NCBI GenBank assembly: GCA_902580215.1
Contig: CACHJT010000003.1
Coordinates: 24,521 to 88,520 of the forward strand
Direction: 5' to 3'
DNA length: 64,000 bases
Source of the DNA: an uncultured Candidatus Actinomarina sp.
GTDB taxonomy: Bacteria > Actinomycetota > Acidimicrobiia > Actinomarinales > Actinomarinaceae
Of the stretch, positions 46,959-56,491 are shown in pieces. The notes under the pieces were generated by a model. The model saw only the letters and a list, made by a program, of their open reading frames with translations. It was not told the DNA's origin and did not search any database. Numbering within the stretch: the stretch's first letter is position 1; each line of letters begins with the position of its first letter. The translations under genes and the position numbers were made by a program.

Positions 46959-49125
46959 AAATAATTTATTTATAAAAGTCGCACTCGGTTCTTTACTGTT
47001 AATATTTTTGCGAATTGAACTAGTTTTTTCAGATTTGCTTCCAACTGGTGGGGATATGGGAGCGCACATTGTACCAACTAAGTTTTTTGTTACCGAACTC
47101 TTTAACAATTTTAAGTTAAGTGGATGGTCACAGGATTGGTTTGCCGGCTACCCGGTTTACTACTTTTATTTTCCACTCCCTCCCATCATTACTAGTCTCT
47201 TAAATTTTTTATTTCCATTTTCAATTTCTTTTAAAACCATGGTGCTAATTTCACAAGTTTTATTAGTTGTTTCTATTGAAATGCTTATGCGTAAAAAATC
47301 AAAAGTTTTTTCTTTTTATGGATTTGGAGTAGGCTTACTCTATTTGCTTACTGAATCTTTCACAATTTTTGGTGGAAATTTAGCTTCATCTCTTGCAGGG
47401 CAGTATTCTTTTACTTACTCGATTGCTTTTGGAAATTTATCAATATTTTATTTAGTAAAATCAAAATATAAATTTTCTATGGAAATAGCTGCTTTACTGA
47501 TTGGTTTATCTGCACTCTCTCATTTAATTCCTTTCATGATTTATTTGCCAATATTTGCTTTTTACTTTTTAAAAAGTGATGCGAAAATCTATAAAAAGAT
47601 TTCAGCATTTTTATTTTTTTTGTTTATTGCTATAAGATTTTCGATTTCATTATTTCTAAATCTCGAGTTCACTACAAACATGACTTACACTCCTTACACT
47701 CAACTTTCAGATCTTATAAAATCTGATGTACTTCCATTTGTTCTAGGTGTAGTTATTTATATTTTTACGAACATGAGTAAAACTTCTTTAAAAGCAATTT
47801 CTGGATTTGAAATATATTTACTCTCCATCTCGATATATTTGTTTTTTTATGGACCAGAAAGTGCACTTTGGAATGGCAGGATTGTTCCTTTTTTTAATTT
47901 AGGCATCATAATTCTTTTTTTTAACTTATTACATGTTGACATAAAAAATTTAACAAAAAAAATACAGGGTAAATATCCTTTACTTTTATTTATTTTGCTT
48001 ACTAACTCTTACTTTATGTATTTGTACTATTCCAAATGGGGGAACACGTATTCGACAACAACGATCAGCGTGATTTTAATTGTTTTGTTTGTGTTTTTAA
48101 TTTCAACAAACTCTGAGAATTTTTTAATTTACACAACTCTCGTTTCTCTAACTTTTGGAACTTTGAGCTATTTACCTCATTGGTTGAATTGGAATTTCAG
48201 TGGCTATGAAAGCAAAAATAACTGGGCAGACATTACAACTCTTTATGAAGGTTTAGACACACTTGAGCCAGGTAGGATTATGTGGGAACCAAATTCTGAT
48301 TTAAATAAATATGGTACGCCAATGGTATTAATGACAATCCCCATGTTCACAGATCACCAAAGTGTTGAAGGTTTATATTTTGATTCAAGCATAACAACTC
48401 CATTTCACTTTTTAACAGTTTCTGGTGTAGCTGAAAGACCTTCTAACCCAGTTGGAGGGTTAAATTACATTAATGGCGAATTCGATAAAGGATTTAGATT
48501 AATGGAAGAACTTGGTGTAGATTATTTTATTGCATATACATCTTCAATTAAAGATAAAGCTAACACAAATGAAAATTTTAATTTTTTATTTTCAAATGAA
48601 GTTTTCAATGTTTATTCAATAAATACTGAAAAAGTAGAGCTCGTTGAAGATAACTTGTATATATTTGAGAGTCCAAATTTTTATGGGCGTCTTAGGAATG
48701 CAGTTTTAAGAGAAGACAGTGAACAGAGCTTCTTCGAAGCTGCATTTAAGAGCTTTAAAGATGAACTAAATTATAAAATAATTGAAAACTATGATGAGAG
48801 CTTTGCTGAACCAAGTGACAAAAATACTGCCCTTTTAATAAGTGATTTAAATATTCAAAACGAATTGATTACTTTTAAAACAAATAAACCAAATCAACTA
48901 CATTTAATTAAGGTTTCATATTTTCCAAACTGGAAAATTAAAAATGGGCTTGGGCCTTTTAGAATCTCACCATCATTTATGGCAGTTATTCCAAAAGATG
49001 AATTTGTGGAAATTAATTTTGAGACTAGTAATGTTGAAAAAGCTCTAAATTTATTATCGATTTTGACTCTATTTGGTGCTTTACTTATTACTTATAGGCA
49101 TAAAAAAAGATCTGATAATGTTTAA
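46951..49125 (+). CDS. Large polytopic membrane protein, GT-C-like glycosyltransferase candidate
   Basis: 724 aa. After the first TM segment comes GGDMGAHIVP...GWSQDWFAGYPVYYFYFPLPP. It has roughly a dozen TM segments, then a ~280-aa non-hydrophobic domain and a final TM anchor. It sits next to GtrA-like and GT2 genes. Confidence 0.6.
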   Translation: MLKNNLFIKVALGSLLLIFLRIELVFSDLLPTGGDMGAHIVPTKFFVTELFNNFKLSGWSQDWFAGYPVYYFYFPLPPIITSLLNFLFPFSISFKTMVLISQVLLVVSIEMLMRKKSKVFSFYGFGVGLLYLLTESFTIFGGNLASSLAGQYSFTYSIAFGNLSIFYLVKSKYKFSMEIAALLIGLSALSHLIPFMIYLPIFAFYFLKSDAKIYKKISAFLFFLFIAIRFSISLFLNLEFTTNMTYTPYTQLSDLIKSDVLPFVLGVVIYIFTNMSKTSLKAISGFEIYLLSISIYLFFYGPESALWNGRIVPFFNLGIIILFFNLLHVDIKNLTKKIQGKYPLLLFILLTNSYFMYLYYSKWGNTYSTTTISVILIVLFVFLISTNSENFLIYTTLVSLTFGTLSYLPHWLNWNFSGYESKNNWADITTLYEGLDTLEPGRIMWEPNSDLNKYGTPMVLMTIPMFTDHQSVEGLYFDSSITTPFHFLTVSGVAERPSNPVGGLNYINGEFDKGFRLMEELGVDYFIAYTSSIKDKANTNENFNFLFSNEVFNVYSINTEKVELVEDNLYIFESPNFYGRLRNAVLREDSEQSFFEAAFKSFKDELNYKIIENYDESFAEPSDKNTALLISDLNIQNELITFKTNKPNQLHLIKVSYFPNWKIKNGLGPFRISPSFMAVIPKDEFVEINFETSNVEKALNLLSILTLFGALLITYRHKKRSDNV

Positions 49126-49582
49126 TAAATTAAAATCCTTAAAAATTTTTCAAAGTGACACATCTATGATGCAGCTAGTTAGAACATATATTGTTGGTGC
49201 TATAAATTTGATGATTGGTTTAACTTTGACATATTTATTTCAATTTTTTGTTCTTACTTTTATTGAATTTCCCCTAAGAACTTATGTAACTAATGTACTT
49301 GCATTTTTAATTGGTGTAATCATTTCATATTATTTATCAAGAAGAATAATTTTTAAATTTAGTTTTTTTGGAGGAAAGTTAAAAGAGTTTTTGAATTTTT
49401 CTTATACAAACTTAATTAGTTTATTTGCTCCAAATCTCATTTGGTTCATTATTAATTTTATCAATGATACTCTTCAGAAAGATGAACTTTGGTTTCTTGT
49501 AATTACAATTCTTATTAATGGAGCAATACTTCCCATCAAATACCTGATTTATAAATTTTTTGTTTTTAAAGATTCTCTATAA
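49118..49582 (+). CDS. GtrA-family small membrane protein (putative polyprenyl-phosphate-sugar flippase)
   Basis: About 154 aa from ATG 49118, with 4 TM segments and a GtrA-like pattern (LVRTYIVGAINL..., LAFLIGVIISYYLSRRIIFKF). It overlaps the upstream gene by 8 nt. Confidence 0.7.
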   Translation: MFNKLKSLKIFQSDTSMMQLVRTYIVGAINLMIGLTLTYLFQFFVLTFIEFPLRTYVTNVLAFLIGVIISYYLSRRIIFKFSFFGGKLKEFLNFSYTNLISLFAPNLIWFIINFINDTLQKDELWFLVITILINGAILPIKYLIYKFFVFKDSL

Positions 49583-50286
49583 AAAATAATTTTTAATTTA
49601 AATAAGCTTTTTATTGTTCTTGGAATCCTTTTATAAAGCAAAGAAACACTCGGTCTAATTTCATTTACTTTTGCAGGTATCTCTTTTATTTTGCCACCGT
49701 TTTTTTCTATTCTTATTAATAATTCAGTATCAAAAATATCTTGAGTTGAAATAACTTGCGGAACAAATTTTTCGATTTCTGTTTTTTTAATTGCCTTCAT
49801 TCCATGTGTATCGCTTAATTTTGTGCCAAAAAGAGTTTTTAATAGAATTACAAAAAAATTGGTAGCTAACCTTCTAATAAACCTTCGGCCATCTTCAGAG
49901 GATCCAAGTCTTTTGGAAGCTGTTATACAGGAATATTCACTATCAAGCATTAAAGCTTCTCGTAAAAAAGACTCTGAATAATAATCAATATCAAATGAAA
50001 TAACTAAATCATTTTTTGCTAATTCAAATCCAGCTTTTAATGCATTTCCGTAGTTTGGTTCTGGATTGGATATAATTTTTATCTCTGAATATTTATTAAT
50101 TAACTCATCAGCAATTTTTTTTGTGTTATCAGTAGATCCATTTTCTGAAAAAATAATTTCAAAATCTACCCCCATACTTTTACATAATGAAAATATTGCA
50201 TTGGTAGATTCTTCAAGTATTTCCTCTTCGTTGTAAATAGGTATTACAATTGAAAAACTCTTATAGTTAAACTTTGATTCCATCAA
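49549..50286 (-). CDS. Family 2 glycosyltransferase, polyprenyl-phosphate sugar synthase type (Dpm1/GtrB/CsbB-like)
   Basis: SIVIPIYNEE N-terminus, NGSTDNT, DxD-like FDIDY, and RRLATNFF...LSDTHGMKAIKK (the GtrB/DPM-type block). Confidence 0.75.
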   Translation of the reverse strand: MMESKFNYKSFSIVIPIYNEEEILEESTNAIFSLCKSMGVDFEIIFSENGSTDNTKKIADELINKYSEIKIISNPEPNYGNALKAGFELAKNDLVISFDIDYYSESFLREALMLDSEYSCITASKRLGSSEDGRRFIRRLATNFFVILLKTLFGTKLSDTHGMKAIKKTEIEKFVPQVISTQDIFDTELLIRIEKNGGKIKEIPAKVNEIRPSVSLLYKRIPRTIKSLFKLKIIFYRESLKTKNL

Positions 50287-50304
50287 GAGTACAATAATTG
50301 GGTA

Positions 50305-51636
50305 ATGAATAATAATCTAGATGTTATTTTTAAATCTTATGACATTAGAGGTGTCTTTGGGGACACTCTATCTTTGCAAGATGCATACAAAATTGGATAT
50401 TCTTTTGCAGAATTTGTTGATTCAGAAACAATTTTAATTGGACATGATGGTCGTTTATCGAATAAGGAAATGTTAAACGCAGTTGTATCTGGTATATCTG
50501 ACAGTAGTAAATCAGTTTTGTATGTTGGTCTTGTACCAACAGATGTTGTATATTCATTATCAGGACTACTTGAATTACCTGGAGTTATAATCACAGCTTC
50601 TCACAACCCTAAAGAATATAATGGATTGAAACTTTGCAATTCAGGAGCAGTACCGATTGGAGAGAATTCAGGTCTTTTAGAAATAAAGAACAATATAAAA
50701 AATATAGACTTTGGTGTAATAAGAAATTTACATTTAGAAACAAACAATGAACTGGATTTATATTTTGAACATATAAAGAAATTAGTAAAACCAGAAAAAG
50801 TAAACAGCAAAATAAAATTTGGAGTTGATGGTGGAAATGGAGCAATAGGTTCGATATTTGAGGATTTATCAACAATTTATAACTTTGATTGTGAAAAGCT
50901 TTATATGGAAGTTGATGGAAATTTCCCAAACCATCCGGCTGATCCATCAAATATCGACAATTTGAAAGAGATCATAAAACTTGTTCTAGAAAAAAAATTA
51001 GATTTTGGTGTAGCTTTTGATGGAGATGCCGACAGAGCAGTTTTTATTGATGATACTGGAAAAGTTGTAACTGGAAGTATGATGACAACATTAATTGCAG
51101 ACTATTTATCTCAAAAAAAAGATAATTTAAAAGTTGTGTATAACGTTAATGTTTCACCACATGCTTTATCAATACTTGATTCAAAAAATATTTCTCTCCA
51201 CAGGTGCAAGGTGGGTCATTCAAACATAAAAGCAATGATGAAAGAACTTGAAGCAGATTTTGGTGGTGAACATAGTGCTCATTTTTATTATAAAGATAAT
51301 TATTTTGCTGATTCAGCAATACTTACTCTCTTAATGTTCATGACAATTATTTCTGAGCAAGGAGAGAAAGTTAGTAGTATGATCGAAAAGTATAATTTCC
51401 CTCCATCATCTGGAGAAGTCAACTTTGTAGTTGAAAATGTAGAAAGCTCTTTGGAAAAAATTAAAACTGTTTTTACAGGTGATTTTGATGAACTCGATGG
51501 TCTTTCATATTTTGATGAAAACTTTTGGTTTAATGTTAGAGGCTCAAACACCGAACCTAAACTAAGAGTAAATATAGAAGCTCCATCTCAAAAAATAGTT
51601 GATGAAGTTTTAGAGAAAATTTCAACTAATATATAG
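50305..51636 (+). CDS. Phosphomannomutase / phosphoglucomutase
   Basis: Active-site Ser motif TASHNPKEYNG, metal site FDGDADR, and C-terminal GSNTEPKLR. Confidence 0.9.
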   Translation: MNNNLDVIFKSYDIRGVFGDTLSLQDAYKIGYSFAEFVDSETILIGHDGRLSNKEMLNAVVSGISDSSKSVLYVGLVPTDVVYSLSGLLELPGVIITASHNPKEYNGLKLCNSGAVPIGENSGLLEIKNNIKNIDFGVIRNLHLETNNELDLYFEHIKKLVKPEKVNSKIKFGVDGGNGAIGSIFEDLSTIYNFDCEKLYMEVDGNFPNHPADPSNIDNLKEIIKLVLEKKLDFGVAFDGDADRAVFIDDTGKVVTGSMMTTLIADYLSQKKDNLKVVYNVNVSPHALSILDSKNISLHRCKVGHSNIKAMMKELEADFGGEHSAHFYYKDNYFADSAILTLLMFMTIISEQGEKVSSMIEKYNFPPSSGEVNFVVENVESSLEKIKTVFTGDFDELDGLSYFDENFWFNVRGSNTEPKLRVNIEAPSQKIVDEVLEKISTNI

Positions 51637-51642
51637 ATAACA

Positions 51643-52638
51643 ATGATTGAACATGTGCTTGATTTAGGTAATCAATTAACTAAAGAACTAGAAACTTCAA
51701 GGGATTTTGTAATTGATTCATACAATGATTTATTAATTGTCGGTATGGGTGGTTCTGGAGTTGCGGGAGATGTTTTAAAGCTTGTTTTAAATGAAACTAC
51801 GCAAATAAATGTTGAAGTTAGAAAAGCGTATGGCATTCCAGAAGTAGCTGTTGAAAGAAGGCCGAAGTGTCTTTTCATATCTTATTCCGGAAATACAGAA
51901 GAAACTGTCGAAGCTGTAAATGATGCGATTAAACATAAATTAGATTGGTCAGTAATTTCAAGTGGAGGAACACTATTAGACCTAGCAATAGAGCATGAAC
52001 GACCATTTGTTAAAGTTTCTCCGGGACTTCAGCCTAGAGCAGCTTTTGGATTAATGACTAAAGCTGTAATGCATTTTGTTTCTTCTGATATAGATGGAAA
52101 ATATTTAGAGATGTGTAATCAAGCAGGGGAGTATTTAAATGAGGTTTTAGGCAACCAATCAGATAACGAGTTACTATCACACGCTTTACAAATCTCTAAA
52201 GAGATAAGCTCAAAGACGTCTGTAATTTATGGAGGTACACCGTTAACATATTTAGTTGCTCAACGTTGGAAGACACAAATTAACGAGAATGCAAAATCTA
52301 AAGCTTTTGTTGGATATATGCCTGAGGTCCATCATAATGAAATACTTTCTTGGGAAGCAAACAAAGAGGATTCCAAAAACAATTTTCATTTATTATTATT
52401 AAGGTCTTCAAAAGAAAATTCTCAAATTAGTAAAAGATTTGAATTAACAAAAGAAATAATTGGTGATAAGGTTGCTATTTCTGAAATTGAGAATATATCC
52501 TCAGAAAATATTATTAGTAATTTATTTCATTTAACATTAATAGGTGATTTGGTGAGTGTTTATTTGGCTGACAATTTAAGTATTGACCCATATGACATCA
52601 CCTCTATTGAAAAATTAAAAAAATTATTAAAAGGATAG
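51643..52638 (+). CDS. SIS-domain bifunctional phosphoglucose/phosphomannose isomerase-like protein
   Basis: 331 aa with SIS-type GMGGSGVAGD and a second SIS-like half. It occupies the same position (after PMM, before ahcY) as the SIS protein of the mycobacterial pmmA-manA region. Confidence 0.65.
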   Translation: MIEHVLDLGNQLTKELETSRDFVIDSYNDLLIVGMGGSGVAGDVLKLVLNETTQINVEVRKAYGIPEVAVERRPKCLFISYSGNTEETVEAVNDAIKHKLDWSVISSGGTLLDLAIEHERPFVKVSPGLQPRAAFGLMTKAVMHFVSSDIDGKYLEMCNQAGEYLNEVLGNQSDNELLSHALQISKEISSKTSVIYGGTPLTYLVAQRWKTQINENAKSKAFVGYMPEVHHNEILSWEANKEDSKNNFHLLLLRSSKENSQISKRFELTKEIIGDKVAISEIENISSENIISNLFHLTLIGDLVSVYLADNLSIDPYDITSIEKLKKLLKG

Positions 52639-52646
52639 TTAATGAT

Positions 52647-53891
52647 ATGTCAACAATAAAAGATTCTAAATTAGCATCAATAGGGAAAGATGAGGTCAAC
52701 TGGGCCCAAAGACAAATGCAAGTATTGGAAGATATAAAACTTGATTTTGAAAATAGAAAACCCTTAGATGGATTGAATATCGGTGCTTGTATGCACGTCA
52801 CTAAAGAAACCGCAAATTTAATGTTAACTCTACAGTCAGCAGGTGCTAATGTCGCATTGTGTGCTTCCAATCCTCTTTCCACCAAAGACTCGGTAGCAGC
52901 ATATCTAGCTGATAGTGGTGTTAAGGTTCATGCAATACATGGTGTAAGTAATGAAGATTTCTTCAAGCATCTAAATTCTGTATTAGATACTAAACCAGAT
53001 ATCACAATGGATGATGGAGCTGATTTAGTTTCTCTACTCCATACTGATAGAGCTGATTTGCCTGTAATGGGTTCTATGGAGGAAACTACAACCGGAGTAA
53101 TAAGGCTAAAGTCTATGGAAAAAAATAATAAACTAAGGTTCCCAGTTGTTGCTGTGAATGATTCAGACACTAAACACCTTTTTGATAACAGATTTGGTAC
53201 TGGACAGAGTGCTATGGATGGTGTTGTTAGGGCTACAGATTTACTTATTGCAGGACTAAATGTTGTAGTCATCGGATTTGGTGATTGTGGTAAAGGTGTT
53301 GCCGAAAGAGCATATGGTATGGGAGCTAAAGTTACAGTTGTTGAACCAAATTCAGTAAGGGCTTTAGAAGCCCTAATGCATGGTTACGAAGTAAAATCTA
53401 GCGTTAATGCTGCAAAAATTGCTGACGTTATTGTTTCGGTTACTGGCAACATGCATGCTTTAGATAAACAACATTTTGATGTCATGAAAGATGGAGTTGC
53501 ACTTGCAAATGCAGGTCATTTTGATGTAGAGATAAATCTCAAAGCACTTAAGGAACATAGTTCAAGCGTTGATAGAGTGAGGGACCATGTTGAAAGCTAT
53601 AAATATAACGATAAAGAAATCTTGGTTCTTGCTGAAGGAAGATTAGTAAATTTAGCTGCAGCAACTGGGCATCCCGCATCAGTTATGGATATGTCTTTTG
53701 CAAACCAGGCTCTTGCAGCTGAGTGGATAAAAGACAATTATAAAACTCTTGAACCAAAAGTATATACATTACCTAAAGAAGTAGATTTAAAGATAGCTGC
53801 AACTAAATTAGGACTCATGGGTGGTGAGTTAGAGATCCTTACTGAGGAACAAATTAAATATCTTGACTCATGGGAGCATGGCACTAGCTAA
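52647..53891 (+). CDS. ahcY: Adenosylhomocysteinase
   Basis: 414 aa with family-typical blocks including HVTKETA, the NAD fold VIGFGDCGKG and NLAAATGHP. Confidence 0.9.
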   Translation: MSTIKDSKLASIGKDEVNWAQRQMQVLEDIKLDFENRKPLDGLNIGACMHVTKETANLMLTLQSAGANVALCASNPLSTKDSVAAYLADSGVKVHAIHGVSNEDFFKHLNSVLDTKPDITMDDGADLVSLLHTDRADLPVMGSMEETTTGVIRLKSMEKNNKLRFPVVAVNDSDTKHLFDNRFGTGQSAMDGVVRATDLLIAGLNVVVIGFGDCGKGVAERAYGMGAKVTVVEPNSVRALEALMHGYEVKSSVNAAKIADVIVSVTGNMHALDKQHFDVMKDGVALANAGHFDVEINLKALKEHSSSVDRVRDHVESYKYNDKEILVLAEGRLVNLAAATGHPASVMDMSFANQALAAEWIKDNYKTLEPKVYTLPKEVDLKIAATKLGLMGGELEILTEEQIKYLDSWEHGTS

Positions 53892-53893
53892 AT

Positions 53894-56491
53894 TTGAGTA
53901 TATTCAAAAAAGTCTTATCTGTTGGGAGCGGGAAACTTGCTACAGAACTCAATACAATTGTTGCTGCGATAAATAGTAAAGAGCAAGAATTTGAAAAGTT
54001 TTCCGATCAAGAGATAAAAACAAACTTTCAAAATTTATCTGAACAATTAGAAGATAGTTCTCAAAATATTGAAGTTGAAGCCTTTGCATACACAAGAGAA
54101 GCTGCAAAAAGGACATTGGGTCAAAGACATTATGATGTTCAGATTTTTGGAGGTCTCGTTCTACTAAGAAATAAAATTGCAGAAATGAAAACTGGAGAAG
54201 GTAAAACACTTGTTTCAACCTTACCCATTTCATTAATGGCCTTATACAAAAAGGGAGTCCATGTTGTGACAGTGAACGAATACTTGGCAAAAAGAGATGC
54301 AGAGTGGATGAGCCCTATATATGAATTTTTAGGATTGGAAGTTGGCCTAATACATTCAAACCAAAATCCACTAGAAAAGGCTGCATCTTACAAAAAAGAT
54401 ATTACTTATGGAACTAATAATGAATTTGGCTTCGATTACTTAAGAGACAATATGGCAGTGTCAAACGAACAGCTTGTTCAAGGCGAATTATTTTACAGTG
54501 TGATTGATGAAGTAGATTCAATATTGGTTGATGAAGCAAGAACTCCACTAATTATTTCTGGAAAAGTTAGTGATTCTACAAAATGGTATTCAGATTTTAC
54601 AAGAATTGTTAAAGGCATGAAAAGAGACATACACTATGAAATTGATGAGGCTAAGAAACAGGTTCATACAACAGAAGTAGGAGTTGAGTATGTGGAGATG
54701 AAACTTGGAATAACTAATCTTTATGAAAATACTCAAACAAATTTCATTCATTACCTAACAGCGTCTTTAAGAGCTAAAACTATTTTTACGAAGGATGTCG
54801 ATTACATAGTTTCAGATGGTCAGATAAAAATTGTTGATGAGTTTACAGGAAGGGTATTGGAAGGAAGAAGATATTCAGATGGTCTCCATCAAGCTTTAGA
54901 AGCTAAAGAAAATGTCAAAATTCAAGATGAGAATCAAACTTTAGCTTCAATAACTTATCAAAATTATTTCAGGATGTATGAAAACTTGGCAGGAATGACA
55001 GGTACAGCTAAGACTGAAGAAGAAGAATTTGTTCAGATTTATAATCTAGAAGTTGTTGAGATTCCAACCAATTTACCTATTCAAAGAATGGATCAACAAG
55101 ATGCTGTATATAAAACAAATACTGCAAAACTAGACGCAGTAATTGAAGATATAAAAATTCGAAATGATAAGGGACAACCAATTCTTTTGGGAACTGTCTC
55201 AGTAGAAGCTTCAGAAGAAATCTCGAAATTACTTACTTCAAAGGGTATCGTTCACAATGTTTTAAATGCTAAGAATCACGAACAGGAGGCTCACATAATT
55301 GCTCAAGCAGGAAGGATGGGAGCTGTAACTGTAGCAACTAATATGGCAGGTAGGGGTGTTGATATAAAACTTGGAGGGAATCCTGAAGAGATGGCAACTC
55401 AACAACAAATAAAGGAAAACCAACAAGATAATCAAGAATATTTAAATTCTAAAATTTCTGAATTCGCATCAGAAGTGGAAAAAGAAAAGAAGCGTGTTTT
55501 AGAGCTTGGGGGACTTTATGTGCTTGGAACAGAAAGGCACGAATCAAGAAGAATTGATAACCAGTTAAGAGGTAGGTCAGGGAGACAGGGTGATCCAGGA
55601 GAATCTAGATTTTATATTTCCCTACAGGATGATTTGATGAGAAGGTTTCAGGGAGAAAGAATTGAATCAATTATGAATAAATTGAATCTTCCAGACGAAG
55701 AAAGGATTGAACAATCCATGGTGACAAAAAGTATTGAAAGAGCACAAGCACAAGTTGAGTCATTAAATTTTGAAATAAGAAAAAATGTTCTTAAGTTTGA
55801 TCAAGTTTTAAATCAGCAAAGAGACGTAATTTATAAATGGCGAAGAGAGCTATTAAGGTCCAAAAATATAAAAAATTTGATTGAAGGGTGGTTTGAAGAT
55901 GTGGCAGATATAGTTTCAAACAATATTGAAAGTTACAAAAAAAACTATGAAACGTTAGAGGATTTTAAAAATTTCGTTGATAATGAGTTAAGCGAATTAC
56001 TTAGCGATGCATCAAAAAATAAATTAATTCAAAAATTAGAAATTAATGACAATTTAGACATAAAAAAAAGTTTAGAAGAACTTTTTTACAATAATGAAAA
56101 TCAAGATATAAATAATTTTTGGAATTTAGCCCGCAATTCTGCTCTTTCCTTTATTGATCAGTCTTGGAAGGATCATCTTGCAGAAATGGACTATTTACGT
56201 TCTGGTATAGGCCTAAGAGCCATGGGTCAAAGAGATCCTCTAGTAGAGTACCAAAAAGAAGGATATGATCTTTTTGAAGAACTAATCGATAATGTAAAGT
56301 TTTCTGTAATAAGAATTCTGCTTAATTTTGATAAAAATTTAATAGTTAAAAAAGAAAAAAATATTGATGATAATGTAAAAGAAAAGACTATTACGAAAGA
56401 CAAAATAGGAAGAAATGACCCATGTTATTGTGGTTCGGGTAAAAAGTATAAAAAATGTGGAATGGTTGATGCATGTATAAAGAAGTCTTAA
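53894..56491 (+). CDS. secA: Preprotein translocase ATPase SecA
   Basis: 865 aa. Walker A MKTGEGKT, DEAD-like DEVDSILVDEARTPL, TNMAGRGVDIKLGG, and a C-terminal zinc motif CYCGSGKKYKKC. TTG start. Confidence 0.95.
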   Translation: MSIFKKVLSVGSGKLATELNTIVAAINSKEQEFEKFSDQEIKTNFQNLSEQLEDSSQNIEVEAFAYTREAAKRTLGQRHYDVQIFGGLVLLRNKIAEMKTGEGKTLVSTLPISLMALYKKGVHVVTVNEYLAKRDAEWMSPIYEFLGLEVGLIHSNQNPLEKAASYKKDITYGTNNEFGFDYLRDNMAVSNEQLVQGELFYSVIDEVDSILVDEARTPLIISGKVSDSTKWYSDFTRIVKGMKRDIHYEIDEAKKQVHTTEVGVEYVEMKLGITNLYENTQTNFIHYLTASLRAKTIFTKDVDYIVSDGQIKIVDEFTGRVLEGRRYSDGLHQALEAKENVKIQDENQTLASITYQNYFRMYENLAGMTGTAKTEEEEFVQIYNLEVVEIPTNLPIQRMDQQDAVYKTNTAKLDAVIEDIKIRNDKGQPILLGTVSVEASEEISKLLTSKGIVHNVLNAKNHEQEAHIIAQAGRMGAVTVATNMAGRGVDIKLGGNPEEMATQQQIKENQQDNQEYLNSKISEFASEVEKEKKRVLELGGLYVLGTERHESRRIDNQLRGRSGRQGDPGESRFYISLQDDLMRRFQGERIESIMNKLNLPDEERIEQSMVTKSIERAQAQVESLNFEIRKNVLKFDQVLNQQRDVIYKWRRELLRSKNIKNLIEGWFEDVADIVSNNIESYKKNYETLEDFKNFVDNELSELLSDASKNKLIQKLEINDNLDIKKSLEELFYNNENQDINNFWNLARNSALSFIDQSWKDHLAEMDYLRSGIGLRAMGQRDPLVEYQKEGYDLFEELIDNVKFSVIRILLNFDKNLIVKKEKNIDDNVKEKTITKDKIGRNDPCYCGSGKKYKKCGMVDACIKKS

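Noticed and set aside
52639-52646. An SAH riboswitch upstream of ahcY, and a cobalamin riboswitch upstream of the adenosyltransferase (35963..35977).
   Set aside because: The intergenic gaps are only 8 and 15 nt, so there is no room for a riboswitch aptamer.
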